A DNA stretch of 64,000 nucleotides, from NCBI RefSeq assembly GCF_009914755.1, contig NC_060930.1. One strand, given 5' to 3'. Below, in pieces: positions 34,298 to 53,519 of this stretch. How positions within the stretch are numbered: position 1 is the first letter of the stretch; every line of letters begins with the position of its first letter. Below the pieces are notes generated by a model. It worked only from the letters and a program-made list of their open reading frames with translations. It searched no databases and was not told the DNA's origin. The DNA is from the human T2T-CHM13v2.0 reference genome, Homo sapiens. The position numbers and the translations under genes are program-made.

Positions 34298-35179
34298 TTA
34301 TGAATGTAAAAATGCTTTTAAATGAATTTGTGGTTTATTAATTAATGACAAAGACATACATTTGGACAGAGTGCCTTTATATGTCAGTACTATTATTCCA
34401 TCTGCAGGAAGTGCTGGGTGCACATAAAGCACTGTTGACCCTTTGCAGTAACTCGGTGTCCCTGAGGGAGTATTTAGCCATCAACTGGGAACCACTGACT
34501 TCGAGCAGAAATATGATGTGAAAGCAGGAAGGGATGCTCAACACATCCTTAAAGTGTTTTTCTGTAATTTAAGCAAGGTGAAATAAAAATATTTTTCCCC
34601 TAAGCATCTGAGCCTGTGAAGTTAGTCTCATCTTGCAATTAGTTTCATTTCCATGTGCTTAGAAATCCAGCCCATGTTACAGTTTTGCAGCTCCCTACAA
34701 AACCAGAAGTTTTGCTAATCAAATATTTATTGAATGATAGTGATCTTGCTTATAACCTCAGTGGTGTCTATCCCTTAAATTAACCACATTCATTGTGTTG
34801 TCTTTGTGAGATTTTGATCGTTTCCAGATGCAGATACACCTTATATGAATAGAAAGAGAAAAAAATCCAAAGTCATTCAAAATAGAAGCAGAACCGTAGC
34901 TACCACATGTGTTTTAAATATATTACCCATACAATTAAGAATACAGTATTATAAACCAGCTCTATAAATCTTGTAATAAAAACAGAAATGCACCAACTCT
35001 TCTTAGCCACAAAGAGGCCCTTAATGATACTATAGATTCCATGATGATGTGGCGTTGGGACTAACTTAATATTCCATAGGAAGAATGTCAGCTGGCTGAA
35101 ATAAATAGAGCGTATCCCTTTCTGTGCATAACTAAAATGAAGGGAAAATATTTTTCTTTCATATAGACAAAAAAGAAGC

Positions 35180-35500
35180 TCTTTTTATTTTGGAAATTCT
35201 TAAAGATACATAAAAGTAGAGATAATAGTATAATGAATTCTCACATGCCTACCACCCAGTTTCAGCACATGGCATCTTATTTCATTTATATTTTTCATTT
35301 TCTAACCCGCCAAAAAAAAAAAGCTGCATTATTTTAATACCAGACATCACATCATTTTGGTGCAAATATTTCATGATGTATGTCTAAGACATGAGAACTC
35401 TTTGAAAAAAACAGTATGATCACAAATTCACTAATACTCAAACCAGTAACAATAATTCTTTAATAGTCTTTAATAGATAGTATTCAAATTTCCCCAAACA
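35180..35500 (-). mobile_element. L1ME 3' end fragment
   Basis: ttttattttggaaattct...aaagtagagataatagtataatgaattctcacatgcctaccacccagtttcagc. Confidence 0.6.
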
Positions 35501-36452
35501 TCCCATATTTGTTTACTTTTTAAAATCAATTGTATCTTCAACTTTTAAGGATAGTGGCTGTTTTTAAGGAACTCACATAGCTGAAATCCCCTTACAGTTC
35601 CTCTGAGAAATATGTCTTTAAATAAGCGCTTAGTCATGGGACATTTTATCACTGATTCAACAATCACTCTAGGCCTTTATTGAGATGGGCCCAAACACTG
35701 CACAGCAGTGGAAACAGGCTCTATTAAGACTTCTTCTCACTGTCTCTTACGGTAGGGCAGTGCCTTAAAGTGCACAGAGCTGGGGGCGGGGGATCCTTGA
35801 TTCTAATCTTCATGTGGTTGTTATATAACTGTATAACCTTGAGCATATCTCCCTTCTTTGTCTCAGTTTCCAGGCCTGTAAAAAGAGTGGCTTAGCCTAT
35901 GTAATTTCTAAATTTCTTTCTGGCTTTTAAGATTCAACATGTTTGGTTTTATGTCTATGTCAAAAGCTGTATCGGCATGGTGTTATTTTCAAAAATGAGA
36001 GAATGTCTATTGTAAAAGAGAGTGGGTCTTATGAAATCATAAGACTAGTTGAATCCTGACTCTAGGTCCCTTGGGTAAGTCGTTAACCTTTTTAAGCCCT
36101 AATGTCACACTGTATTACAATTATTTATTTTACATATCATCTCTCCTATCAAAAGTGAGTTTCTAGAAAGTAGGGTTTTCTCATATTTGTCTTTCTATCA
36201 TCAAAGTCCAGGGTCCTGTCTGGAGCCTGGTAGGTTCTCAATAAGTGCTTGTTACATAAATGAATGGGAGGGTATGCAATCTGAGGGTAAGAATGGTGGC
36301 TCCATCTACCTTACAGGATTACTGTACCGTGAAATGAGCTAATGCACATAAATTCACATTTTATATTTGTATTTTAAACATTCTAAGTAGGATATTTTAT
36401 TTGCTTATAAAAATCTCTGCTTTACTTCTTACCTTTAGTAAGGGATTAGTGA

Positions 36453-36786
<334 letters not shown>

Positions 36787-36837
36787 TTCTATCTCCAATT
36801 TCATTTGTCTTTGGAAAATTGTACATGCCTCCTGCTC

Positions 36838-37207
<370 letters not shown>

Positions 37208-38559
37208 TAATTGGGGAGTGGCTTAGTGCCAGTCTACTTTAAATAAGACATTTTTATTGACTCCTACAAATTAAAATAATGCAGGAGGTAGTGTAACATG
37301 GATTAGATATATCAGATGCATGAATTTTCCGACATACTAAATGTTCACTGGAACCAGTTCTCTAAAGATGGTCCTGATTCAGTTTCCACTACAGCCAAAT
37401 GTGAACAGGTCTGCCTCTGAATGTTTCCTCAAATGGTCTTTCTCTTTTTGGTAATTATACTAAAATTTAGTTTATCAGTTGATGATTCCTAATGACACCA
37501 TTTTGAAACGTGAACACTTCTCTCAACCCTGTTCAAATCTGGCACAATTCCTAGAGCAGCAGAGCAGCAGTACCCAGAAGGAACACTAGCCCTGGGCAAA
37601 ATCCTCACCAAAAAAAACCAAAAAACAAAAAACAAAAACGGTGACTGAACAAACATACTTAGGAAAGTTTTCATATTATAAACTCTTCGTGGTGATTCAC
37701 AAACACCTTAGCACATCAAAGATTCTGAAAGGCCTTACACTGCTGTATTTATTTCTTGTGTAACAAATATACTTGATTTAACTTGCTTAACTCAGCATTT
37801 CTCAAACTTCCTTATTTTATGGACCACTAAGAAAGAAAATCATAGCCAATTAAACTATGACCCAATGCTAAGATGGCACCAAATAGAAGACATCAGAGAT
37901 GTTAACATTCAAAACTGTGTATATCTGGGAATAAATGTGTTGTGATATATGACCACAGAGCCCTTTTTTCAAATATAACTTAAGGCCATATTGAAGATTT
38001 AGTTCTTTGGAATGGTATTCTGGAAAACTACGCTCTAGCCTAGACTTTCATAATTATTTCAGAGGAAAAGGGTAGAAGGTTATTTTTTTTTTCATTAAGA
38101 AGTAAAAGAAAATAATGTCGTGGGATTAGAGAAAAGAGAAAAAGAAGTAAAAGAACCAAAAATGTTGAATCCAAAAAAAGAGAAATACTGTTCACCCGTT
38201 CGTGGTGTGAAATAAATTGACCTTATCCAGTTAAAAAGTAATTTCCAGGTACACATCACAATGTAACTGTCCAGCTGGCCTCATGAACATGCAAATCTCT
38301 TTAAATTAAGATGGCATGTAATTAAATCGTTCAGCTGGTTGCCAGGCTTCTCCGCGCAGGTAGTTTACTTTCGCTTGAAATAACCCCTTTGCGTCTGAAG
38401 ATCCCCACACCCTGAAGTGACTCAACTTCATAACACCACCATTGAAATCTCTAGCTTTACAGGCAATAGGCTTGGCCGGAGAGCATCAGTAACTCGGCAG
38501 TGAGTCAGATGAAGAGCTCTGGGGAGGAAGGTTGGAGGCTAAGTTTGCTTGCAGGGAAT

Positions 38560-40290
38560 GGGTGCGGTTGAGCGCCCGGGCCTGGCCAGAGCCTCCCAGT
38601 TTACATCCTGCTTCCCTGTTGCCAATCCGACTCCCGGGAGCCGCCCTGAAGGGGTGTGGGCAGAACTTCGGGGACATGGGGTACCATCCCAGGCCGTCCC
38701 AGGTTCCCTGTACTTCTGGATTTAGCCCCACTGAAGCTTCAGAATGTCTGAACTACATGAATTCACCTTCCGGGACGCGCACCTGGGACTAGCGAGACCG
38801 GCAGGGCTTTGCGCGGTCCTTAAGACCCGGAACAAACACCTGATGACCCCGGGGTCACCTTCACACTCTCCTCTGCCCCACACCTCGTAGCCCCCGCCGG
38901 CGGCCTCCTTCCAGGCTGGGGCCTGCCTCTCCAGGCGGCGTCCCCCGAGGGCGGCTGCGGCGCGGAGCCGGGCGGTAGGGCAGCAGCCCTGCGGCGGCTC
39001 GGGAAGAACAACTTGTGCGAACTGGGCCGCGCTTCCCCCGGGCGCTGCATCCGCCTTCCGAGATGCTGGCAGCCCGGGACGGCCTAGCGCGGCCCTCTCC
39101 TTATTTATCCACCGAGCACAGTTTCCATGGTTCCGCCGCCATCCTTCCGCCCCCTTCCTCGCGCGGAGCCCAGCGGCAGTCGAGGGCCTGGCTGGTGTGG
39201 GGCTGCGGGGTGCGTGCGCGGCGCGGGGCCCGGGCGTATTTTTCAAGCCTCGGGGCGCGTGGGTGCGCCCCCCAACTCCTGTCCCCCGAGAGGCTGTGCC
39301 ACTTCCGCAGCCCCAGCCCAGTCCCTTCCCCACTGGGCCGCACCTCCAGTCTGCCCGCAAGGCGCCGCGCAGCCCCCGGCCCGGCCCGGTGGCGCGGGGG
39401 AGGGGCGCGCCGGGCAGGCAAAGTTGCTGAGTTGCTCTGCACGCTCAGAAGTTGCAGCTGCGACGGCAGCTTCCCTCCCCCTTCCTGCACTGGGCTACCC
39501 GGAACGCACACCCACCCGTCACCACCCGCTACCTGCCCTCGCCCCTGCGGCCCCGGCCGGGACTCCACAGCATCCCCACCCTGCGCCCGCGAGGAGCCCA
39601 GGTTTCCAGCGGAGTTGGGCTGGGGGCGGGCGCACCCCATCTCCCCGCTCCGCCTCGGGGGAGGCGGGTGATGCGTGGAGGGGGTGGTTAGGATCCCCTC
39701 TACCGAGTCGCCGCTTGCCTGCGGCGCTTTTGCACTTTCCTAAGCTGAGCAGCTGTGCAGGCGTCGCCCGCCGGCCCCTGCGCCCTCCTAGCAAAGCGGG
39801 GTTTGCAGAACGGGAACTGGGCGGTCTTCCCATTCCCTCCCGCAAGGAATTTTGCTGTGAGGGTGGAGAGGGGGCGGCGGGGGGCTCGGCTTGGGGCTGA
39901 GGTTGCCAACAGGTGCTCGCGGGTCCATGTGACCGAGGAGGGAGCGCGCAGGGAAGCCGGGGGTGGGGGTGGGGGCGGGGGCAGGCTCCCTCGGCGTCCC
40001 CCCCGTAGTGCCCGACGCCGGGTGCACCCAGCCGGCAGCTGTCTGGGGAGTGCTCGCGGATGGCTCCTCGGAGCGCTGGCGCCCTCGCGGCCTGTCTGGG
40101 AGGAGGAGGAAGAGGAGGGGGAGGGAGGGGACGCGAAAGTGGGTCAGGAATGTAACTGGATGCTGCATACCCCCCACGCACACCCCCGCTGTGGCCGACC
40201 GAGGCGGCCAGCTCCAGCCTTGGAAAGCGAGTCATTTGCTGTTGTGGTTCCCCAGCATTATCGGTGGACGGTTACCAGGGGATCCCGAGG
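38560..40290. promoter_or_regulatory. CpG island, probable gene promoter/first exon (gene not identified)
   Basis: ~1.7 kb of very high GC and CpG density, free of repeats; GC boxes near 39624 and 39972; CCAAT ~38622; AP-1 TGA(C/G)TCA at ~38418 and ~38501. Confidence 0.9.
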
Positions 40291-41461
40291 GATGTGTTTC
40301 CCTGTGACCCTTTGGGAAGGAAAACTTGGTTGCCTCAGTAACCGAGTTTGGCTTGGATGCAATGATGCAGTGAGTGTTCTAGGTGAGCCTGGCCGAGAAA
40401 GAGGCTGCAGTTGCACTAGGGGGTGGATTAACTTTTCTTATTACCGAACCAAGACGTGAAAGGAAAGCTGGGGAGGAGGTGGAGTTTTGCTCTGTGTTTG
40501 TTTTTTTACTATTTCAGAGAATACGAACTAAACGTTTTTGCGTTAGGGTTTGTCTTCCAAATGCACGCCCGGGCTGCCATACATTTACCAAAGTTTTACT
40601 ACTCACCACTTAGTTCATACAAAGGTTTGAAGCTGATATCCTAGAGTTGGAAGGAGCAGGGGACAGTGACAGTTTTGTATTTGAGGAAGGCCTGAGAAAC
40701 AAACGTGAAAAGGCCTTTATTAAAAGAAGAAGAAAAAAAAAAAACGACCCTCCTCAAAGCAGAAGGAGAGCAGCCCAGTTCCCTCATGAGCACAGTGGCA
40801 TCTCACACCCCAGGCACGTGATGATTTGGAAAGGGAGGAATGGAGATTTAAAAGGGATGGGCTTTGGGTTTGAATGCTAGCGAGACAAGCAAAATCAAGA
40901 AAAAAAAAAAAAAAGATGAGACTGCAAAGGGAAATTTAGCTGTGTGAGTGTATAGCCCAAACTCTTCTTGAGCACCCTACCTGGTTTTTGTCCCATTTTT
41001 TTGCATCCGGTTTTGTCCAGTGGACCTTAGTCACAAGGTGTAGGCAGGGCTGCTGAACCAAGGCCCAAAGAGCAGTGAAGCTGCAAACCCAGAAGCAATG
41101 TGCAACTGCTGGGACTTTTTATCTAGAAGCAAAAAAAGGGGTGTGTTATCCTCTTAAGGGTTATCTGAAAAGCTGACTTAGGCTGTAAATTTCTGTATCC
41201 AAGGCACTCTAAAATAAAGAAACATACATTGAGATGTATTTTACTTTAAGGAGTATATAGTATATTCTTAGGAGACAGAAACTAATCAATTGAATTATAT
41301 TCTAAATATATAAAAGTAGAGGTTATTTTGTTGTGAAAACTTTTGTGGAGATGTAATTATCCCCAGTCTACATTTATTTACTTATTTATTGGTAACTAGG
41401 TAAACCTTGCTGAAGTTGTCTCACTAGTAGAATGAGAATAATAATAACAATTGGCCTTATT

Positions 41462-41951
<490 letters not shown>

Positions 41952-42749
41952 TGGATTTTCTACATTATTTTCTGGATAGAGAATCCAGTTCAACTGGCAA
42001 AAGTCATTATTTTCATTTATGGTGTTTGCTTAAACTGCAGAACAGCTGTAGTTGAAAGATCACAAATTCTATACTTTGAATAGTCTTGCATTCTGAATGA
42101 AAATAACAGAGTTATACAAAAGTTTTCTTGGAACTTGAACACATTCATGATCTTAGATTTTGTCACCCTGTTAAGGAGCAGGATTTCCTTCTATGTAAGA
42201 TAATTAGACTTTAAAATTTTGGTTCAAACCAGAATTGTTGCTATAGAAATACATTGAAAATTTAAGTAAAATGAAGTGGCAAACTTCCTTTTTCCTCTCA
42301 TCCTTTCTGCCTACCCCCATATTTCATCTCTGAATTCATGAAACATTTATATCTAGGGTGATCTGCATTTTAGCTGTAAATCAGATTAATAAAGCAAATT
42401 AAAGAATGAGTATCTGTTAAGAAAAGATTACCAATAGGGTTCTTCATATTGTGAAGTGTTCCTGTATATTTAGAACGTTTGATATATACATTTTGGGGCA
42501 CTTTTCAAGAAATCATCTACGTATAGCAGGTTTTCACATAGATTACCGTGGGCAATGCGCTTGGAACCATTTACTCACTGACACCCTCAAAATATTTTTT
42601 GAATGAATGTTTTAAACATCTGAGCCACCTATTCTTGTGCAGATCTATGTTTAACACTTTGAGAGTTACAGAGAAGTAAGTATATGCATGTTCTTTTAAG
42701 AGTCAAAGGGTTCAACAGCTAGATGACAAATATAAGAAGTTTAACTGTT

Positions 42750-42808
42750 TTAAATATTTTTTTTAGAGACAGGGTCTCACAAGGTTGTCCAGGCTGGAGT
42801 GCAGTGGC
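42750..42808 (-). mobile_element. Alu/7SL 3'-terminal fragment
   Basis: agagacagggtctcacaaggttgtccaggctggagtgcagtggc with its own T-tail. Confidence 0.8.
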
Positions 42809-43808
<1,000 letters not shown>

Positions 43809-44179
43809 AAAGTTTCCATGAGTTGAGAAGTGGAATAATAAGAGTTTTTTTAAAGTTTTTTCTTCTTCTATTTATTCTCTAAAATGTTGGTAATAAACCT
43901 GTACTGCTTCTGTATAAGAGATTTGCTCTTTTTGAGGAAACATTGCCGGGAAGCCACTGTATGAGTGACTGTCAATGAAGTGTCAGACAAAAAGTGCCCA
44001 GGAACTTCCAGAAAGGCCAGAGAGCAAAGCAGGCTGGGCCAAGAGGACTGTGTGGAGTACTAGGAACCAAGTTTAGCTTTGTCAAAAGTAGAACGCAGAG
44101 GGAACGAGGGAAGGGAGAGGGGAAGGAAGAAAGGTTCAGATGTTGCGGGGTGCTGGGTGTGTTCTGGGAGGGTGGCTGT

Positions 44180-44990
44180 TAGGTGGCAGCCATCAGGAAG
44201 TGCTTCAAAGGGAGATGGTAGGACTTGAACTTAGGCCTTAAAGGCTGTACATGATTTTATACCTAGTGAGAGAGAGGCATTCCTAGTGGCATAAGCCTAG
44301 TGAGATAAGCCAAGAGGCAGCAATTTGCACGACACCTTTGGGGAATTTGAATAGGTCAGCTTTGCTAGAAGAGATGGATCATGTATGAAATCTGTCATTT
44401 AATGATAGATTATAGTGTTAGGCCCTTATATGCAGGTAATAGGGAATTATGAAAGGATTTTGAGCAGGGGAAATACATGGTCAAAGTTGGATTTGGGGAA
44501 AGTTAATCTTATAGGTCCGATTGGAGTGGGAGTTTAGGGGCCATGAATGGCTATTGCAGGGAACCAAGGGGACCTGGACAAGGATAGTATCAATGGGAAT
44601 TGCTTGGAACACAATGCTTTGTGAGTTGTTATGAAAGAAAAATTGTCATCATTTTATAGTGTTTAGATGTGGAAGGCAGGAGATTGAAGAGTCCAAGATG
44701 ACAGAGGATTTAAATCCAGAGAGACCTTGAGAGGTGGGACTATCAACAGAAATGAGAACAGGAAGCCAGTGTTCAAGGTAGGTTGAAGGGTTGATTTGCA
44801 TTTAAGGCTAGGAGGGGTAGCTGGGTTTAGGTGAGTTAGGGGCAATCGATGGGTCAGGGCTGAAACTAGAGCTGTGAGTCATCTATATAGAGGTGATTAT
44901 CATTCACACGTGTGAATGAGCACCTAAATTTGAATTTGGTGGCAAAGGACTAGTTTTAGGGAACATTCACAATTAGAACTTGCCTCAAAA
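44180..44990 (-). mobile_element. L2 fragment
   Basis: ggtaatagggaattatgaaaggattttgagcaggggaaatacatggtca; gagtcatctatatagaggtgatt (YADD-region antisense). Confidence 0.65.
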
Positions 44991-45002
44991 TATAATTTTG
45001 CA

Positions 45003-45124
45003 GGCCGGGAGCAGTGATATGCTTGTAATCCCAGCACTTTGGGAGACTGAGGCGGATGGATCAGTTGAGGCCACGAGTTCGAGACCAGACCTGGGTGACA
45101 GAATGAGACTCTGTCAAAAAAAAT
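45003..45124 (+). mobile_element. Monomeric Alu (FLAM-like or arm-recombined)
   Basis: Left-arm start and right-arm-type end; TSD taattttgcag. Confidence 0.82.
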
Positions 45125-45336
45125 TTTTTAATATATATTTATATATAAATTAACATTAATAAATGTAAATGTATTAATAAAATTACATATATATGTAATT
45201 TTGCAGATTGTCCTCCTTCCTCATAGAGTGTAAGTTAGTCATTCCTTGGCTTTAGTTAGAACCGATACGCTGACTCAGCACTGTTCCAACCAAGTGCTTT
45301 AACCCAGCGGCTCCCTAACCTGCCTCATCAGATTAA

Positions 45337-45768
<432 letters not shown>

Positions 45769-46811
45769 TAGAGCCTGAGACCTTCCCGTGAGACCTCCTA
45801 TGTCTCTCCCAGGGAGAGAAAGAGCTCAAACTTTTTATGAGTTCGTTTCAACCTGTCCTTTTGCTTTTGTATATGATGGACGGTCATTGATAGTGGTGCT
45901 CAAAGTTGTTTTTATCCAGATGACCTGCTGCTTTCCAAATTTAGCACTGGTCTGAAAGAGTGGAGGGATGTGTCAGAAGTCCTCTGCCCTGCTGCTAGGC
46001 TGGAAGGAGATTTGGGTTGAAGAGCTATGTGGAGAGTGGAGAGTGACTCAAACTTTGTACATTGAAGCTTGTTGGAATGATGCAATCACCCAGGCATTGG
46101 ACAGACCACTTCCTGTACCTTTGGATACGCAGACCCAGGGTGTGGTATTTGGCAGTACTCTCAGGAGTAGGCTGGCTGATCCTCTTCAAGGGAGCTGAGT
46201 AGTCAGAGGTAAGGCCAGGCAGGCTGCAGGCTCCAAACCCACAAATGTTTCTAGTTTAGAGATAGATGGATTGTCAGAAACTTGGAGGGGGATTTCTAAA
46301 AGGTGATGAGTATGAACACCTTTCTCAAGGAATACCTGGCTCTCTAGGTATATGTTTCTTTCTTTATTGTCAGAAGACAAATGTCTGTCCTGTGGAGCAG
46401 CAGTTACACACGTTGTCACAGCCAGCTTTGAATTAGTTTGATGCTGATGATCTGCCTACAATTATCATTTGCTCTTCATTTTCCCATTTGGTTTATAAGC
46501 TGTAAAGAGACGAATTCACCTGTCTATATTATTACATGCCTGGTGAATGAGCAGGCGGAAATGAATGTTTAAAATTGATGGTGGAGGGTTTGAGGGGTAG
46601 GATCACACCACACCCCACACCCCATACCCGACTCCAGCATCACATACACAGAATTCAAGCTGTCCATTTTTCTAAGTCTCTAACTGTTGAAGCCAAGGGT
46701 GGGTCATTTTGTTATTGCTCCACCCCTACCCAATAAACAGTGGAAGTTGATAGAGTCTAGTGGGGTTTTTTTAATTGTGGGAAAGTATACATGTAAAATT
46801 TATTATTATGG

Positions 46812-46918
46812 CTTGAAGCCGGGAAGCAGAGGTCACAGTGAGACAAGATCATGCCACTGTACTCCAGCCTGGGCGACAGAGCGTGACTCCATCTCAAAAA
46901 ATAAAATAAAATAAAATA
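46812..46918 (+). mobile_element. 5'-truncated Alu inside an antisense L1MB 3' end
   Basis: Right-arm 3' third; flanks match L1MB (taaaatttaccatc...aaccatttttaag). Confidence 0.82.
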
Positions 46919-47126
46919 ATTTACCATCTGAACCATTTTTAAGCACACAGTTCAGTAGTGTTAAGTGTATTCACATTGTTGTGCGGGAGAATCTAGGTTT
47001 TTAAAAATCCATTTAGAATATAAGGAAGTATTCTAAAAATGTCAGAAAATGAAACCCAGAGTTATTAAAAAAAAACTATACATGAAAGAAAATAGTTTTA
47101 TGTGCAAACACAGCATTTGTATTCTA

Positions 47127-47985
<859 letters not shown>

Positions 47986-48788
47986 TGAACCTGTGAGTAT
48001 ACAATGAGAGGAGACATCCAGTCAACTGTGAATTTACAGATTTTAATTTACACAATTTCCTAGAGTTTCCACTTTGTTTTTCTATACTGTATGAAAATAT
48101 TCTCTTGACAGACACTGAAAGTAGGTGATATTTGCCATTGTTTTCCTAGTGAAAGACAGCTTATTATTATATATGAAAATATGGATATCAGTGGCCAAAA
48201 AAATCCACATGGGCAGGGATCTTTACATCTGTTATCAGGTAAATGACCACATCGTTAAATGAAAGAATTTTGAAAGTTGAATAAATCTTACTTAAGATTC
48301 ACAAGAAAGATTGGAAACATTATTGCCATTTGCTGAAGTTCTTAGTCAACCCAAACTGTATTAACAGTTCATTCTTTTTTTTTTTAACATTAGAAAATTT
48401 ATTTTCACAACCACTTACTGTTTGCACTCAGTTGTTCATAATACCTACAAAACAGGTTTGAAGGCAGTCAGTCCAACAGGATGTGAGCTACAGTTCCAAA
48501 GAAGGTATGGTTTGTGTTTTACCAAAGGAGAAATGCCTTCCCTATGTATATGTCTCATGGCTTTGGGAATTTATAGCTTATTTAGCAACCCTCCATTTAA
48601 AAAGTGCTGCTAGATTTGAGGAAACTTATAGAATAATTCTGAGTTTCTCTTATCCAAAACTGCTTCAGTAAACTTTTGCTTATCAGTCTTGAAAAGATGT
48701 GTTAAAACCAGTTTGGCAACTTTTTAAATATAGCATGCTGGAAGGCCTTGAGAGAAGAGTTTTGAAGCAATATCAGTGTTGGAACTAA

Positions 48789-49134
<346 letters not shown>

Positions 49135-49504
49135 TAAAATGGAACACTTTTAAACAAGAATATTCATGATGCACATTTCTCTGTATTTGGAGGGCTCATC
49201 TTTTAAAAACCAAGTTTTTGTGATAGGACTGAATTAGTGGAAGAGTTCTCAATGGTAGAACCATACCCAGCATAGGCAATCTAGAGCTTTGTTAAGAACT
49301 CAGGAGATTGTTTATGCTGTATGATACCTACATATTCACAACCTTGCCTCCCACTCCATTCCATAAAACTTACTGGAATCTGTTTACAAGCAGTCTTTAC
49401 ACAGATATGTGAATACTTTGTACTACAATAGCATAGACATACGGTATTTCAAATGAGAGTTCTCTCTAAAGGCTTGATTTGGAAGTCATAGTTATTTTTA
49501 ATAA

Positions 49505-49635
49505 GGCCGGGCATGAAGGCTTACGCCTATAATCCCAGCACTTTTGGAGGCCGAAATGGAAGGATCACTTGAGGCCAGGAGTTCGAGACCAGCCTGGTCA
49601 ACACAGTGAGACCACATCTCAATTTTTTTAAAAAA
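49505..49635 (+). mobile_element. FLAM_C-like monomer
   Basis: Left monomer only. Confidence 0.85.
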
Positions 49636-50801
49636 GTTGTTTAAAAAATAAGGTACAGTCACTCTAGCAATTTGAAAGGTATGAATCAACTATTTTATAT
49701 TGCAGTTCTAGAATATGTTTGTCCTTCCCAGTGCAGTATAGTCACGAGTTTCAGTGGAATTGCTGAAGGAAAGGGGCAGCTGATTCATATTTCTGCATCA
49801 CAAATCTATATAGAAAAGACAAGTTGAGATGGCTCTGAGAGTCCAGCATATCTTAATTTTAACTTTTATTATAAACCTGAGATCTTACATTTTAATTGAA
49901 AAATGCTCTCATTTAAAATCAAAATATTTATCAATCTGTGGAAGCCTATTTTTACAGTGAAATTCTGTGATCACAAACAGGAAATTTAAGTATTGCATGC
50001 TGGTACAGAAATACATTGTTCTACAGTGGCGGCCCTTTGCTTTGTCATGGCTGTGTTTAACAGGACTTTCTGCCTCCTGAAATGTCAGCGTAGCCCTCAA
50101 ACTCATGTCTATTCTACTTTTGATTACCTTGGTCCTCAGCCAGCCTCATATTTGACACTTTCAGCACGGGCAGTGTAGGTCCTTCTTGATGTTGAGCTGT
50201 TAATCTTTTTATTATTTCCTGTCACTTTTCACCATGATTGATGCTCTTGAGCCAGAGGAGGGAAAAGTGATGAAAATGACTTTGAAAACAGCTTTGAAAA
50301 GGAGTATTTTAAGTTGGACTTGGGTCTTACCTGAGACCATAAAGCGACTGAAAAAGCGCACGGTATGTTTTGTAAGGCACTACCTGGGCCCTTGCAGTGA
50401 GGGAGCAAGTGTGCTAATAACGAGTGCTTGGGACTAGGAGTGCTGAGGGCTCTCCTGGTGTTTGTGCAGCGATTCAGGTGGCTCAGGTCTCTGGGTCTGT
50501 GGTGTGAGGGATGCTGAGACCTTCCAGATGGTCTGTATTTAGCTCTGCGGAAAGGTTACAGAAAAGCGTCCTCCTTCCTTTAGACCTAAAAATAAGATTC
50601 TTTTTCAGTTTTAGGCATTACCAAGCCTCAGACATTTTTATCTTCTCCAGTATTCCCTCTACCCCACATCCGATTCATTAATTTTGGGTTTGGCTTTGGA
50701 AACTTCTCATCTCCTTGCCCCATAGCATGCAGGGTGACCCACTGGAGTGTGAGAAGAAAATATTATAACCTCTATTTGTATTTTTACTTTGTCCTTTCTA
50801 A

Positions 50802-51187
<386 letters not shown>

Positions 51188-51329
51188 TAATTCAGTGGCA
51201 CTAATTCACGGTATTGTACAACTATCACCACTATTTCCAAAATTTGTCGTCACTGCAAATAGAAACCCCATACTCATTAAGCAGTAGCTCCCTATTCCCC
51301 CTTCCCCCAGTCCCTGGTAACCTCTGATC

Positions 51330-51478
51330 TTTCTTTTCTTTTTTAATTTTTTACATAAAAATGAGACAGGGTTTTGTCATGTTGGCCAGGCTGATCTCGA
51401 ACTCCTGGCCTTCAGTGATCTACCCACCTCAGCCTCTCGAAGTGCTGGGATTACAGATGTGAGCCATCGTACCCAGCC
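51330..51478 (-). mobile_element. FLAM/Alu left monomer
   Basis: Antisense monomer. Confidence 0.85.
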
Positions 51479-51769
51479 TTCTGTGTTTAATTTCTTAGGA
51501 TCCTCCATGCTGTTTTCCACAGTGGCTACACCATTTTACATTCTACCAGCAACGATTTAGGGTTCCAGTTTCTCTATACATTGACCAATACTTGTTACTG
51601 TTAAATATTTTCCATTTTAAAAAAAATTTAGCCATCCTATTGGATGTGAATCACATTGTGGTTTTGATTTTCATTTCCCTGATGGCTAATGATGTTGAGC
51701 ATCTTTTCATGCACTTACTGGCCTTTTGTATATCTTCTTTGGAGAAATGTCTGTTAAGTCCTTTGCATT

Positions 51770-52056
<287 letters not shown>

Positions 52057-52143
52057 GTCCTTTGCATTGTCCATTTTTGCAGGTTTTATAAGATATATAT
52101 ATATCAGCAGTGTATAATTGTATGCATTACATATAAATAATAA

Positions 52144-52484
<341 letters not shown>

Positions 52485-52541
52485 GCAAATGTTTTTTAAA
52501 GATAGGAGGAATAATTTTAAAAAGTTAGGAGACCATTATAA

Positions 52542-52867
<326 letters not shown>

Positions 52868-53039
52868 GATCCATGTTTTCTTAGTGCCTAACATTAGCAA
52901 GAAACTATTGATAAGAATCCTTAAGCTTCATCAGGAGAATCTTATTTGGTTAAATATAACGTGTTTCTTGGAGCCACCATATGAAATTAACCCTAGGATC
53001 CCAAGGCTGTCTTTTATGATGTTTCCTTTTGGTACTTAA

Positions 53040-53362
<323 letters not shown>

Positions 53363-53519
53363 GTGAATCTCCTTGGATGAGTTTTAACATAGACTTGCCA
53401 TATGCTCAATCCCGTTTTATGGCTAATGGTGGCGTTCCAGGGTGCTAGTATATCTTATTAAGAGATAGAAACGGTTTTTCGTACCATGTTAAATACGAGA
53501 ACCAGAAGGCACAGATTAG

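Noticed and set aside
38560-40290. Assigning a gene symbol to the promoter
   Set aside because: No coding exon recognised; a BLAT search is needed
38722-40459. Overlapping 180-257 aa ORFs on both strands in the CpG island
   Set aside because: Stop-codon scarcity in GC-rich DNA; Pro/Arg/Gly/Ala-rich with no recognisable domain. A short coding first exon cannot be excluded
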